A stretch of DNA of 64,000 bases, from positions 8,264-72,263 of the forward strand of contig CAYWGP010000125.1 in the NCBI GenBank assembly GCA_964458155.1. Reading direction: 5' to 3'. The DNA comes from an uncultured Bacteroides sp. (GTDB lineage Bacteria; Bacteroidota; Bacteroidia; Bacteroidales; GCA-2748055). Below are positions 29,830 through 40,500 of the stretch, piece by piece (within the stretch, counting starts at the first letter, position 1; each line of letters opens with the position of its first letter). The translations under genes and the position numbers were made by a program. Below the pieces are notes generated by a model. The model did no database searches. It was given only the letters and a program-made list of their open reading frames with translations, and had not been told where the DNA came from.

Positions 29830-31206
29830 ATGAAAAAGATAATTATAATAACTCTGGTCCTGTTGGTGGCCTCAGGCCCGGTCTGGGCGCAGTCGGAACA
29901 GATGGAACAGCCGGAAACACCCTGGAGCCTTGAACGCTGTATTGACCAGGCCATCCAGTACAACCTGCAGGTTAAACGCCAGGAGCTGCTTATGCAATCC
30001 ACTGAACAGGACCACCGTCAGAGTAAGATCGAACTGTTCCCCAACCTGAATGGTAGCATTGATCACCAGCTGGGAGCAGGACGGGTACTGGACCGCGGAA
30101 CCTATGAATGGGTAAACACCAATGTAAGTCAGGGCGACCTGGGTATGCAAAGTGAGGTAAACCTGTTTAACGGTTTGCAGGGATTGAACAGCATGAAAAT
30201 GTATAAGGCCAACTATATGATGAGCAAGGAGGACCTGGATGCCATGGAGGACAACATTACCATCCAGGTCATGACCGGCTACCTGGATCTGCTCAGAAAC
30301 CAGGAACTGGCAGTTGTGGCAGAGAAAAAGGCAGAGGTAACACTGCAGCAGGTGGAGCGTATGGAAACACTGGTGGAGGTGGGAAATGAGCCCAGGGGAA
30401 AACTGCTGGAGGTGAAGGCACAGCACTCGGCAGCAAAACTCGCCTATACACAGGCTGTAAATGCCAGGGAAATAGCCAAACTAACCCTGATGCATGTGAT
30501 GAACATTACCGAGGAAGCAGGCTTTGATATTGAGACACCAATTCTTCCCGATCCCTCTGCAGTGATGATCCCGGCTCTGGATTCAGTATTCCAGTATGCA
30601 CTTGCCAATCTGCCCCAGGTAAAGAGCAAGGAATATGGAGTTGAGGCCATGGAGAGGTATGTGGCCCTTCAAAAGGGACAGCGTTCTCCCAGGCTTTTTG
30701 CCCGTGGCCTTATCTACTCGAACTACAGTAACCAGCTTGTCAATCCCCTGGATCCCGATCCAGGAAATCCCACCTTGGATTATCCTACCGGCGAACAGAT
30801 AAGAGATAACAGATATATGCAGGCCTCCATGGGCTTGGTTATCCCGATATTTAACCGCTGGCAGGTACAGACCAATATCAATAAAGCTAAGCTGGACTTG
30901 CAGGATGCTGAATACCAGTACGATAATGCGGTGTTAGTCCTTCAGCAAACTCTGCAGCAATATCATACAGAGGCACTTGCAGCTTATGATAATTACATCT
31001 CGGCCCTGGAGTCGGTGGCCAACAGTAATGAGGCCTACAGGTTTGCGGAGGAGCGCTTCCGGGTGGGCACTGGTACGGCACTGGAGCTTCAGGAGGCACG
31101 TAACCAGCTGTATGAATCCACCTCGGATATGATTTCCTCCAAGTTCGTATTGATTTTTTACTCCAGGATCCTGGATTTTTACATGGGCAGGGATATTCTG
31201 TTTTAG
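29830..31206 (+). CDS. TolC family outer-membrane efflux protein
   Basis: WSLERCIDQAIQYNLQV, LFPNLNG, LVIPIFNRW, AEERFRVG..LELQEARNQL. Alternative GTG start at 29824. Confidence 0.92.
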   Translation: MKKIIIITLVLLVASGPVWAQSEQMEQPETPWSLERCIDQAIQYNLQVKRQELLMQSTEQDHRQSKIELFPNLNGSIDHQLGAGRVLDRGTYEWVNTNVSQGDLGMQSEVNLFNGLQGLNSMKMYKANYMMSKEDLDAMEDNITIQVMTGYLDLLRNQELAVVAEKKAEVTLQQVERMETLVEVGNEPRGKLLEVKAQHSAAKLAYTQAVNAREIAKLTLMHVMNITEEAGFDIETPILPDPSAVMIPALDSVFQYALANLPQVKSKEYGVEAMERYVALQKGQRSPRLFARGLIYSNYSNQLVNPLDPDPGNPTLDYPTGEQIRDNRYMQASMGLVIPIFNRWQVQTNINKAKLDLQDAEYQYDNAVLVLQQTLQQYHTEALAAYDNYISALESVANSNEAYRFAEERFRVGTGTALELQEARNQLYESTSDMISSKFVLIFYSRILDFYMGRDILF

Positions 31207-31225
31207 GAATTGATCAAAGAAATCT

Positions 31226-31233
31226 TATTTTTG
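31226..31233 (+). promoter_or_regulatory. Bacteroidota -7 promoter box
   Basis: TATTTTTG 26 nt upstream of ATG 31260. Confidence 0.45.
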
Positions 31234-31259
31234 TCACGGAACCGATCAGTCCTTTCCCC

Positions 31260-31829
31260 ATGAAAAGATTACTTTTTTTGCTGCTCTTCTCCGTATCGTT
31301 TTCACTGTATGGCCAGGTGGTTAATTTTGCGAAAACTCTTCCGCAGAGAGCCTGGAGTGTGGGACTTACACCTGCCTACCATTTTGACCGGGATGTAGTC
31401 GCCTTTGATGAGGGTGGTCCCTCCATCGCTCTGAATGCAGGATATGGTCTGCTCTATTCACTGGATTTTAATGCACGCTACATTTATTTTTTTAATGGTG
31501 CGGACTATATTGGTGTTGATGCCCAATACCTGATTCATGAAGCCCGCAAAAGTTATTTTTCGGCCATTGGTGGATTTCATTACTGGGACGATTTCGGGAT
31601 GGACCTGACAGGTCTCTTTACCTACATGCTTCGATACGAAATAAATCTCTCAATCGGCATTGATTTTGATCTGAGTTTTGCCGAGGACATGAATCCCAGG
31701 TTCTGGATACCGCTGAATATAGGTTTCAACATCAACGAGATGTTCTTCCTGTATGCCGAGTATGACCTCCCCATTTCCTATCTTTCCTGGGGAATTGTGG
31801 CCATAGGGGCTAACATGGTCTTTCGCTAA
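31260..31829 (+). CDS. Hypothetical small outer-membrane beta-barrel protein
   Basis: Signal peptide; alternating hydrophobic beta-strand pattern with aromatic girdle; C-terminal VFR. Confidence 0.65.
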   Translation: MKRLLFLLLFSVSFSLYGQVVNFAKTLPQRAWSVGLTPAYHFDRDVVAFDEGGPSIALNAGYGLLYSLDFNARYIYFFNGADYIGVDAQYLIHEARKSYFSAIGGFHYWDDFGMDLTGLFTYMLRYEINLSIGIDFDLSFAEDMNPRFWIPLNIGFNINEMFFLYAEYDLPISYLSWGIVAIGANMVFR

Positions 31830-33463
31830 GGGGAGTAAACAAGTTCTCCACCTGAATAAGTTGCCTGGACCCTGATTCCGAAAAGTTCACTCTCCGGTGC
31901 AGTCATAAGGTCGGTGCCGGTGATTACCAGGTCTGCCAGCTTGCCGGGCTCGATGCTCCCTTTCAGATCCTCTTCAAAGCCCGATCTGGCTGCCCAAATG
32001 GTCATAGCACGCAGTGCTTCTTCGCGGCTGATAGCATTTTCTGTCTGGAATCCTTCCTCAGGGTAGCCTTTCTGATCCTTGCGGACCACTGCCGCGTAAA
32101 AGCCAAAAAGGGGATTGATCTGTTCCACCGGAAAATCACTGCCATTGGGTAACCATCCGTTCTGTTCAAGAAGCTGCCTGTAGGCATAGGCACCCTTTAT
32201 TCGTTCGCTTCCCACCCTGTCTTCTGCCCAGTACATATCCGAAGTGGCATGGGTGGTCTGTACGGAAGGAATAACATTGTAATCTCCGAAATAGTGAAAA
32301 TCATCCGGATGGATTATCTGGGCGTGTTCGATTCGCCAGCGCCGATCGTTCCTGGATCCCAGGATACTGGCATATATCTTCAGTGTTTCCCTGTTGGCTC
32401 CATCACCTATGCAGTGTGTGGCCACTGCAAAATTATTTTCATAGGCCTTCCTGCAATACTTCTCCAGCACCTCAAGGGGGGTGACATACAGGCCAAGGTT
32501 CCCTGGGTCGTCGGAGTATGCTTCGATCATCCTGGCACCTCTCGAGCCCAGGGCTCCGTCGGTAAAAAGTTTAATGGTATTTACCGAGAGATAATCTGTC
32601 TGGTAGGGTCCCTTTTCCACAAAATAAGTGAAATTCTCCCTGCTGGGGGAGAGCCAGGTATTCATCCGGATCTTCAGGGCATCTGCCATATGAAGTGAAT
32701 CAATCAGCTGAACCACTTCTCTGGACAGACCGGCATCCTGTACCGAGGTCAGTCCCACGCTGAAACAGTTACGCTCTGCCTGCTGAAGGGCATTAATCAT
32801 TTCTGTTAAGGTGGGGCCCGGTACTATTGATCCCACCAGGCCAATGGCATTGTCGATAAGAATCCCGCTGGGCTCCCCCTCGCTAAGGAGTACTGATCCT
32901 CCATCCACTTTCGAAGCGGCTGTTACCCCTGCCATCTCAAGGGCTAAGGAGTTGGCCCAGGCAGCGTGTCCGTCTATGCGCCTCAGCAGAACAGGTGTAT
33001 TGGGGAAGAATTCATCCAGCATGCCTTTGTCAGGAAACTCTTTGACCTCCCAGTCATTCTGGTCCCAGCCCCTCCCGGTAATCCAGGCTCCCGGATTCTT
33101 TTCACGGAAGACCTTTAAAACCTCTATGATCTCCTCCACCGAAGTGCTTCCTGCCACATCCACAGCATTCAGGTTCATTCCGTAACCGAAAAAGTGACAG
33201 TGTGCATCGATCCAGCCCGGATAGATAAATTTACCCTGCAGGTCCCGAACCTCATCTGCACTATATTTCTTTGAAATCTCACCGGAGCTGCCAACTGCAA
33301 GGATCCGCCCGTCTTTTATAGCAATAGCTTCGGCTATGCTGAACTCACTATCGACGGTATAGATCTTAGCATTGGTAAGAACCAGGTCGGCCTGCTTCTT
33401 CTGAGCATTGCATGACATCAGAATCACAAGAAGTACTGTGGAAAGACTTATGGATATTTTCAT
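31826..33463 (-). CDS. Amidohydrolase (Amidohydro_3, YtcJ-like) lipoprotein
   Basis: PGWIDAHCHF, KLFTDGALGSRGA, ATHCIGDGAN, RIEHAQ, NGSDFPVE, GSIEPGKLAD. Confidence 0.92.
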   Translation of the reverse strand: MKISISLSTVLLVILMSCNAQKKQADLVLTNAKIYTVDSEFSIAEAIAIKDGRILAVGSSGEISKKYSADEVRDLQGKFIYPGWIDAHCHFFGYGMNLNAVDVAGSTSVEEIIEVLKVFREKNPGAWITGRGWDQNDWEVKEFPDKGMLDEFFPNTPVLLRRIDGHAAWANSLALEMAGVTAASKVDGGSVLLSEGEPSGILIDNAIGLVGSIVPGPTLTEMINALQQAERNCFSVGLTSVQDAGLSREVVQLIDSLHMADALKIRMNTWLSPSRENFTYFVEKGPYQTDYLSVNTIKLFTDGALGSRGARMIEAYSDDPGNLGLYVTPLEVLEKYCRKAYENNFAVATHCIGDGANRETLKIYASILGSRNDRRWRIEHAQIIHPDDFHYFGDYNVIPSVQTTHATSDMYWAEDRVGSERIKGAYAYRQLLEQNGWLPNGSDFPVEQINPLFGFYAAVVRKDQKGYPEEGFQTENAISREEALRAMTIWAARSGFEEDLKGSIEPGKLADLVITGTDLMTAPESELFGIRVQATYSGGELVYSP

Positions 33464-33468
33464 ACGTA

Positions 33469-33487
33469 TAGCTTTGCAACAAAAATA
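33469..33487. promoter_or_regulatory. Back-to-back -7 boxes for the divergent genes
   Basis: TAGCTTTG on + (33469-33476) and TATTTTTG on - (33480-33487), both matching TAnnTTTG. Confidence 0.5.
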
Positions 33488-33532
33488 GCATTCTCATATT
33501 ATTTTCCCCATTTTTGCGTTAAGAACAAAAGA

Positions 33533-34972
33533 ATGATAGGTATTCGCAGCTTTCTATTATTGGTCCTGATCCCGGTCGCACTCTGTTTTTCATGTCAGCC
33601 AGAGCGAAACTACACTGATGATAGTGATGCCCGGCTCGATTTTACCCTGGACACCCTTTTTTTTGATACGGTTTTTACCACCGTTGGAACGGTCACAAAA
33701 GGCTTTAAGGTAAAGAATCCCCACAAGCAGTTTATCAGGATCGATGAGGTCACCCTTGCCGGTGGAGCCTTTTCTGTATTCCGTATCAATGTGGATGGGG
33801 TGTCGGGCCTGCGTTTTTCCGATCTGGATCTTGCTCCCAACGATAGCATGTATGTTTTTGTGGAAGCCACCCTGGATCCCAATGGTTCAGATGATATCCT
33901 GCGCGTCCAGGATTCTATAGTGTTTGAGGCCAATGGGAATGTTCAGGATATTGACCTGGTGGCCTGGGGACAGGATGTGAATATGATAGGCGGAGAGATA
34001 ATTGATCAGGCCACCACCTGGCATGCAGGAAAGCCCTACCTGATTATTGATTATGTATATGTGGATTCCCTGTCCTCACTTACTATTGATCCGGGTGTCA
34101 GTGTCTACCTTCATAAGGATGCACTTATGGTGGTGGATGGTACACTGCAGGTGAATGGCACCCTGGAGGAGCCGGTCTGGTTCGGGGGTGACCGGCTGGA
34201 GGAATTTTATGACCACCTGCCGGGACAGTGGGGATTGATCTACCTTACGGGTAACAGTCACAGCAACCGGATTTCATATGCGGAGATAATGAACGGTACA
34301 TTCGGGATCCTCATCAGTGCAACACCTGAGTCTGGATTAATGCCCGATCTGGTGATCGAAAATACCATCATTAACCACATGAGTTCCACGGGGATCTATG
34401 CCCTGAATGCCTCTGTTACAGGGAGCAACCTGGTGGTGGGTGACTGTGGGGGCAGTTGCCTGGCACTGAATTATGGAGGAGACTACTTTTTTAAGCAATG
34501 CACTTTTGCTAATTACTGGCCAAATGGATACTCTAACAGGCGATTACCAGCTGTTTTACTGAGCGATTTTTTTGTTACCACCGACGAAAACGGGAACCTG
34601 GTGCTTTACCCGGACGGCAGCTTTGACAATGCCGAATTTACAAACTCCATTATCTATGGATCTCATTCCATGGAGCTCTTAATCGAAAGTTATAACGACC
34701 TGCAGCTTAACTACATGTTCGACTATTGCCTGACACGCATCATTAGTGACAGTCTCGATTACGAGGCAGATCCACAGTTCAGCAATATTATCAACAATGA
34801 GGATCCTTTGTTCGATTCAATTCCCATAATATATGAACTGGACAGCCTTTCACCGGCTATCGATGCCGGACTGCCTGCCCATGCTATTGATATTCCAACG
34901 GACCTGAACGGCAACGGCAGGCTGGATGACGACGCTCCGGACCTGGGTGCCTATGAATGGACCGGAACTTAA
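33533..34972 (+). CDS. Lipoprotein with parallel beta-helix region and choice-of-anchor Q C-terminus
   Basis: Lipobox FSC; DTLFFDTVFTTVGT; PGQWGLI; C-terminal LSPAIDAG..DLNG..PDLGAYE. Confidence 0.72.
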   Translation: MIGIRSFLLLVLIPVALCFSCQPERNYTDDSDARLDFTLDTLFFDTVFTTVGTVTKGFKVKNPHKQFIRIDEVTLAGGAFSVFRINVDGVSGLRFSDLDLAPNDSMYVFVEATLDPNGSDDILRVQDSIVFEANGNVQDIDLVAWGQDVNMIGGEIIDQATTWHAGKPYLIIDYVYVDSLSSLTIDPGVSVYLHKDALMVVDGTLQVNGTLEEPVWFGGDRLEEFYDHLPGQWGLIYLTGNSHSNRISYAEIMNGTFGILISATPESGLMPDLVIENTIINHMSSTGIYALNASVTGSNLVVGDCGGSCLALNYGGDYFFKQCTFANYWPNGYSNRRLPAVLLSDFFVTTDENGNLVLYPDGSFDNAEFTNSIIYGSHSMELLIESYNDLQLNYMFDYCLTRIISDSLDYEADPQFSNIINNEDPLFDSIPIIYELDSLSPAIDAGLPAHAIDIPTDLNGNGRLDDDAPDLGAYEWTGT

Positions 34973-35048
34973 GCTGATCAAGTCTGACCAATGCGGTAGA
35001 ATCGTCCGGGTCTGACTGATCTGACGGACTTTATCCCATTAATTCCAT

Positions 35049-36053
35049 ATGAAAGCTTTTTTCGTGCTGCCCCTGTGCATATGTTATTTTATGGCGGGCA
35101 TTGATTTATTCGCTCAGTCCGGGTCCAGAACTGAACTTTGCTTCCTCTGGTATAATGTGGAAAACCTGTTTTATCCCGGCGATGATTCTATTCCCGGCGA
35201 CGATGAGTTTACACCTGAGGGGCTCCGTCATTGGAGCTGGAACAGATACAGGCAGAAGTTAACGGCCCTGGCAAAGGTAATCATCGCATCGGGAAGGGGA
35301 GATCCACCTGAACTTGTGGGCCTGTGCGAAGTGGAAAACGCCCTGGTGCTGGAAGAGCTGAGTTCTCATCCCATTCTGGCTCCCTACAACTACAGTTGCC
35401 TGCATAAAGAAAGCATGGACCACCGGGGAATGGATGTGGCCTGCCTGATTCGAACTGAAAAAATCGTGCCCTTTCAATGGGAAACGATCCCCTTTACTCC
35501 CCCGGTTCAGGAGACCAGGGATATAGTGCACATCGGTCTTAGCTGGAAAGGTGATACCCTGGATCTGTACCTGCTTCACCTGCTCTCCAAATACGGCGGT
35601 ACTGGTGCCACAGCCGAACTTAGAAGGGATCAGGCCGGACAGGCAGTACAGCTGATAGATTCGCTCTATGCTGCCAGAGAGCAGGGCTTGATAATGGTTG
35701 CTGGAGATTTTAATGAAGAGTACCAGGGCTACTCCATGGATCCGATCCGGTCTGCCAGATTCGGAGAAGATAGCCTGGTAGCCCTGATTTCTGAAGATGT
35801 AATGGGAAGCTATAAATTTCGCGGAAGATGGATTCATCTGGATCAGATCCTGGTCCTTTCATCCTTCCGGCAACACTCTGTGCATGCTAAGGCCCTGGAG
35901 CTTGCTCCTTTGCTTACTGAGGATCTGAAATACGGGGGAATCAAACCCAGAAGGACCTATGAGGGTTTCCAGTACAGGGGAGGTATCAGTGATCATCTGC
36001 CCCTGGTGACAGATCTTCATCCTTCTTTTTTTTCAGCTCCTGCTGAACAGTGA
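35049..36053 (+). CDS. Endonuclease/exonuclease/phosphatase family protein
   Basis: WYNVENLF, LCEVEN, AGDFNE, LDQIL, SDHLP catalytic motifs; signal peptide. Confidence 0.88.
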   Translation: MKAFFVLPLCICYFMAGIDLFAQSGSRTELCFLWYNVENLFYPGDDSIPGDDEFTPEGLRHWSWNRYRQKLTALAKVIIASGRGDPPELVGLCEVENALVLEELSSHPILAPYNYSCLHKESMDHRGMDVACLIRTEKIVPFQWETIPFTPPVQETRDIVHIGLSWKGDTLDLYLLHLLSKYGGTGATAELRRDQAGQAVQLIDSLYAAREQGLIMVAGDFNEEYQGYSMDPIRSARFGEDSLVALISEDVMGSYKFRGRWIHLDQILVLSSFRQHSVHAKALELAPLLTEDLKYGGIKPRRTYEGFQYRGGISDHLPLVTDLHPSFFSAPAEQ

Positions 36054-37461
36054 GTCCCAGTGCCTTACCCTCCTCCAGCATCAGGCTGTAAGCTGCCTCA
36101 AATTCGTTAGGAATCTTACCGTCGAGGATGGCTTCTTTTATGGCATTCTTTATGGTGCCCACCGGACGTGAGGGTTTTATCCCGAATACTTTCTGAATAT
36201 CATCGCCGGAGATGGGTGGCTGGAAGTTACGGATGGAATCCCGCTCCTCCAGTTCAACTATTTTCTCCCTCACAAGCTGGAAATTCGACAGGTGCCGCCT
36301 GACGGTCCGTTCGTTCTTGGAGGTAATATCTGCTTCGCATAGTGTCATCAGATCCTCCAGGTCCTCTCCCGCATCGAAAATAAGTCGCCTCACTGCCGAA
36401 TCGGTGACCACATCCTGCGACAATACAATGGGACGAAGGTGGAGCTGAACCAGCTTTTGCACATATTTCATTTTTTCATTGAGCGGAAGCTTCAGCCTTC
36501 TGAAAATACCAGGAATCATTTTGGCACCGATATACTCATGGGCATGAAAGGTCCAGCCCGTTCCAGGCTCATACTTCCTGGTGCGTGGTTTTGCAATATC
36601 ATGGAGCAAAGCGGCCCATCTGAGCCACAGATCGTCCGTCTTCAGCGCGATGTTGTCAAGAACCTCCAGGGTGTGAAGGAAATTGTCTTTGTGGTGTAAA
36701 TTACCTACTTCTTCCACCCCTTTCATCTGGTGTAGTTCAGGAAAGATGATCTCCAGTAAGCCTGTTTGATCCAGCAGCAGAAATCCTTTACCTGGCTTTG
36801 GGGCTGAAATGATCTTATTAAGCTCATCACTAATGCGCTCCTGGGATACGATCCCTATCCGCTGACGATGTTCATGGATGGCATGCAGCGTTCCCGCTTC
36901 AATATTGAAGTCCAGCCTGGTGGCAAAACGAATACCCCGCAACATTCTCAGAGGATCGTCGGAGAAGGTGTTGCCTGGTTCAAGAGGAGTGATAATTAGC
37001 TTTTCTTCAAGGTGTTTTACTCCTCCAAAGGGATCCAGTAATTCCCCATAATCCTTTGGATTCAGGGAAATGGCAAGTGCATTGATGGTGAAGTCACGCC
37101 GGTTCTGATCATCTTCCAGGCTGCCGTTCTCCACCAGGGGTTTCCGGGAGTCGAGCCTGTAGGATTCTTTCCGGGCGCCAACAAATTCAATTTCAGTATC
37201 GCCCCATTTTAACATGGCTGTTCCAAAGTTTTTAAATATGCTGAGGGGGACCTCTTCACCGATACTGCGCTTAACCTTCTCTGCCATCTCGATTCCACTT
37301 CCAATCACAACAATATCAATGTCTTTGGTGCCGGCACCGGATCCTGAAATAAGCAGATCTCTGACAAAGCCGCCGATCACGTATGAGGGGATCCCCTCCT
37401 TTGCAGCCAGGGATGCTATGATCTGAAAAACTTTATGATTTAAGTGTTCCGAGAGGTTCAT
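35986..37461 (-). CDS. cca: CCA tRNA nucleotidyltransferase / HD domain protein
   Basis: YVIGGFVRD, KDIDIV, VGARKESY, RRDFTINALA, DDPLRMLR, LLHDIAK; start ATG 37461 (MNLSEH). Confidence 0.9.
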   Translation of the reverse strand: MNLSEHLNHKVFQIIASLAAKEGIPSYVIGGFVRDLLISGSGAGTKDIDIVVIGSGIEMAEKVKRSIGEEVPLSIFKNFGTAMLKWGDTEIEFVGARKESYRLDSRKPLVENGSLEDDQNRRDFTINALAISLNPKDYGELLDPFGGVKHLEEKLIITPLEPGNTFSDDPLRMLRGIRFATRLDFNIEAGTLHAIHEHRQRIGIVSQERISDELNKIISAPKPGKGFLLLDQTGLLEIIFPELHQMKGVEEVGNLHHKDNFLHTLEVLDNIALKTDDLWLRWAALLHDIAKPRTRKYEPGTGWTFHAHEYIGAKMIPGIFRRLKLPLNEKMKYVQKLVQLHLRPIVLSQDVVTDSAVRRLIFDAGEDLEDLMTLCEADITSKNERTVRRHLSNFQLVREKIVELEERDSIRNFQPPISGDDIQKVFGIKPSRPVGTIKNAIKEAILDGKIPNEFEAAYSLMLEEGKALGLTVQQELKKKKDEDLSPGADDH

Positions 37462-37477
37462 GGTAATTTTACTGGAA

Positions 37478-37485
37478 CAAAAATA
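37478..37485 (-). promoter_or_regulatory. Bacteroidota -7 promoter box for cca
   Basis: TATTTTTG on the minus strand, 16 nt upstream of ATG 37461. Confidence 0.5.
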
Positions 37486-37579
37486 CAATCTAATACGTAA
37501 TATCAGTGCATTAACAAACATGGAGTTTCGATTATTTTTATCTATTTTCGAGGAGTAACCATGGAATGAACCTTAGCCG

Positions 37580-40500
37580 ATGGCTGGTCTGAAATTAAGT
37601 GCCTGTTTGTGGCATCTGGACCCGGCTGTTACTGATGATGTGCTGGCTACCCTGAAATCGGGTAAATATGATGTGAGGCATTGTCACTGTGCAGACCGTG
37701 AACAGGTGAGGAAGAAACTGATCAACGATCCTCCCGATCTGATCATTTCGGATTTTGACCTTCCCGATCATCTGCGAGCGATGATTGAGGAAGAGTTGCA
37801 GCCATATATGTCGGAAATCCCACTTATTTACCTGGTGGGGGAGAAGAATGTTCGGAAGGCAGCAGATACCCTGAAGTCGGGCGTTTGGGATTTTGTGCAA
37901 AAGGAGCAGCTTTATAAACTGGTTCCCTCGGTATACTCCTCTCAGAAGTATGCCAATGTTTTTAAAAAGAGGAAAGAAGCGGAGCAGGCGCTGAAAGAAT
38001 CAAGGGACCGGTATATGTCCATCTTTCAGTCGGTTCATGACGGTATTCTACTTTTTGATTTTGATTCCAGGAAGGTAACTGACTACAATCCCCGGGTAAT
38101 GGAAATGTTCGGATTATCTGAGAAGGAGCTGGAGTCGCTGGATCTGAATCGCTATACTGCCATTGACGAGGGCTATACCATTGATCAGGTAAGAGAGTTT
38201 ATTGCCAAATCAGCTGAAGGTGAGTCTGTTAAATTTGAATGGCGAAACATTAAACAGTCGGGAGAGAGATTCTGGACCCTCAATTCAATATCTGTAGTCC
38301 AGATTGATAACAGACCCTACATTCTGCTGGTTACCAGGGATATTGACGAGCAGAAAAAACTGGAAAGATCACTCATAGAATCGCAGGAGCATTTCAGGGC
38401 GCTGGCCGAGAATTCTCCCGATGTGATTATGCATTTCGACAGGGAACACAGACACCTTTATGTAAACAGCGTGGTGGAATCCCAGACCGGAATTCCCTCG
38501 TCACAGTTCATGAATAAGAGTCACCGCGAGATGGGAATTTTTCCCGTGAAGCTGGTGACCCTTTGGGAAAAAGCGCTTGACAAAGTCTTTAAGTCCGGGA
38601 AACCTCAGACCATCGTTTTTGATATTGAAGAGGAGCTTAAAACAAGTACCTTCGAATGGCGGCTCTATCCGGAAATGGGTGCTTCTGAAGCTGTGGCCTC
38701 AGTGATTGGCGTGGCCAGGGATATTACCGTTTCCAGAATGTCGGAGGATGCAGTCAAGCGAAGTGAGGAACGTCTGAACCTGGCGCTCTCGGCAACAAAT
38801 CTGGGGATGTGGGACTGGAACCTGCTTACAAATGAGGTATACTATTCACCCATCTGGTTTTCCATGCTCGGTTATGGCCCTGACGAATTGCCCCGGGAAC
38901 TGGAGACATGGGTCTCCCTCCAGCACCCCGACGACAGTAAGATATCATACCAGAAAGTACAGGAGGTTATCAAGAACCGGGAGAGCTCTTTTGAGATTGA
39001 ATTCCGGATGAAACATAAGAACGGTTCCTATATCTGGATCAGGAGCATGGGAAAAGCCGTAAGTTTTGATGAAGAAGGAAATACAACCCGATTAACGGGA
39101 ATTCATGAGGATATCAATGAGCGAAAGAAGGGAGAACTGGTCCGGCAGGTTTTGTTTGATATCTCCAATGCTGTTAACAGCACCCACAGCCTGGATGAGC
39201 TTTATGGTATAATCAGGCTTTCCCTTGGCAGGGTGGTTGATACCACCAATTGTTTTCTGGCCCTGTATAATGAGGAATCAGATACCCTTACCCTCCCCTT
39301 TATGGAGGATGAAAAAGATAGCTTTACCGAGTTCCCGGCCAGGAAGACACTTACCAGTTTTGTGATCAGGACAGGCGTGGCACAGCTGGTTGATATTGAA
39401 CGCGAAAAGGAGTTGACAGCTAAAGGAGAGATAGAACCGGTAGGAGCTCCCTGTAAAAGCTGGCTGGGAGTACCTTTAAAGCATGAAGGCAAGACAATAG
39501 GTGTATTTGCAGTTCAATCCTATTCCGAAGACATCATTTATACCCAATCGGATGCTGAATTGCTGGAATTTGCAAGTGATCAGATCGCGCTGGCCATTGA
39601 CAGGCGAAGGCACCAGGACCAGCTCAAATCCAACCAGGAGAGGCAGCGTCGTGTTTTCGAATCATCGCCCGATCCCATGCTTGTAGTGGATCCCTCTGGC
39701 CTGATTGTGGACTTTAACAGTGCATTTCTCGAGGCCTTCAATGTTAAATCTGACCTTGTATATGGCCAGAAAATATTCAGATTCATCAACAAGGTGCAAT
39801 GGCGTACTTCCATAGAAAACTTTTGGGAGACCTGGAAGAAGGGATATTTGAAGAACCTGGAGTACCAGGTGGTTCGTCCCGACGGAATAGTCTTTGATGC
39901 TGAAGTTTCCACCGGTGCCATTTATGATAGTACCGGGAAGCCAGAGTCCATGGTGGTAATCCTGAAAAATATTTCTGAAAGGAAGGAAGCTGAGCGTAAG
40001 ATACTGGAGGCTAAGTATAAAGCAGAAGAATCCGATCGTCTGAAAACGGCATTCCTCTCCAATATGTCCCATGAGATCAGAACCCCCATGAATGCCATTG
40101 TGGGTTTTTCAGATCTGCTGTCGGATGATAAGTTAAGTCCTCAGGAGCGGCGTGATTTTATTGCTCAGATCAACCAGGGAGCCGATGACCTGATGCACCT
40201 GATCGATGATATAATCGATATTGCCAAGATTGAAGCCGGACAGGTCAATGTACACATTGCAGAGTGCTTTGTGAGGGAGCTGTTTAAGGAGCTCCACCTG
40301 ATGTTTCTGCAGAACATTAAGCGGACCGGGAAGGACGGTGTATCAATCCGCGTGGACTGGAACTGGCCACTAAATGAACTGGCCATTTATACCGATCCCT
40401 TCCGCCTGAAGCAGATCCTTATCAATCTCATGAGCAATGCGGTGAAGTTTACCGAAGAAGGCGAAATTGTTCTTGGAATAGAGGAGAATCCCGAAGGAGT

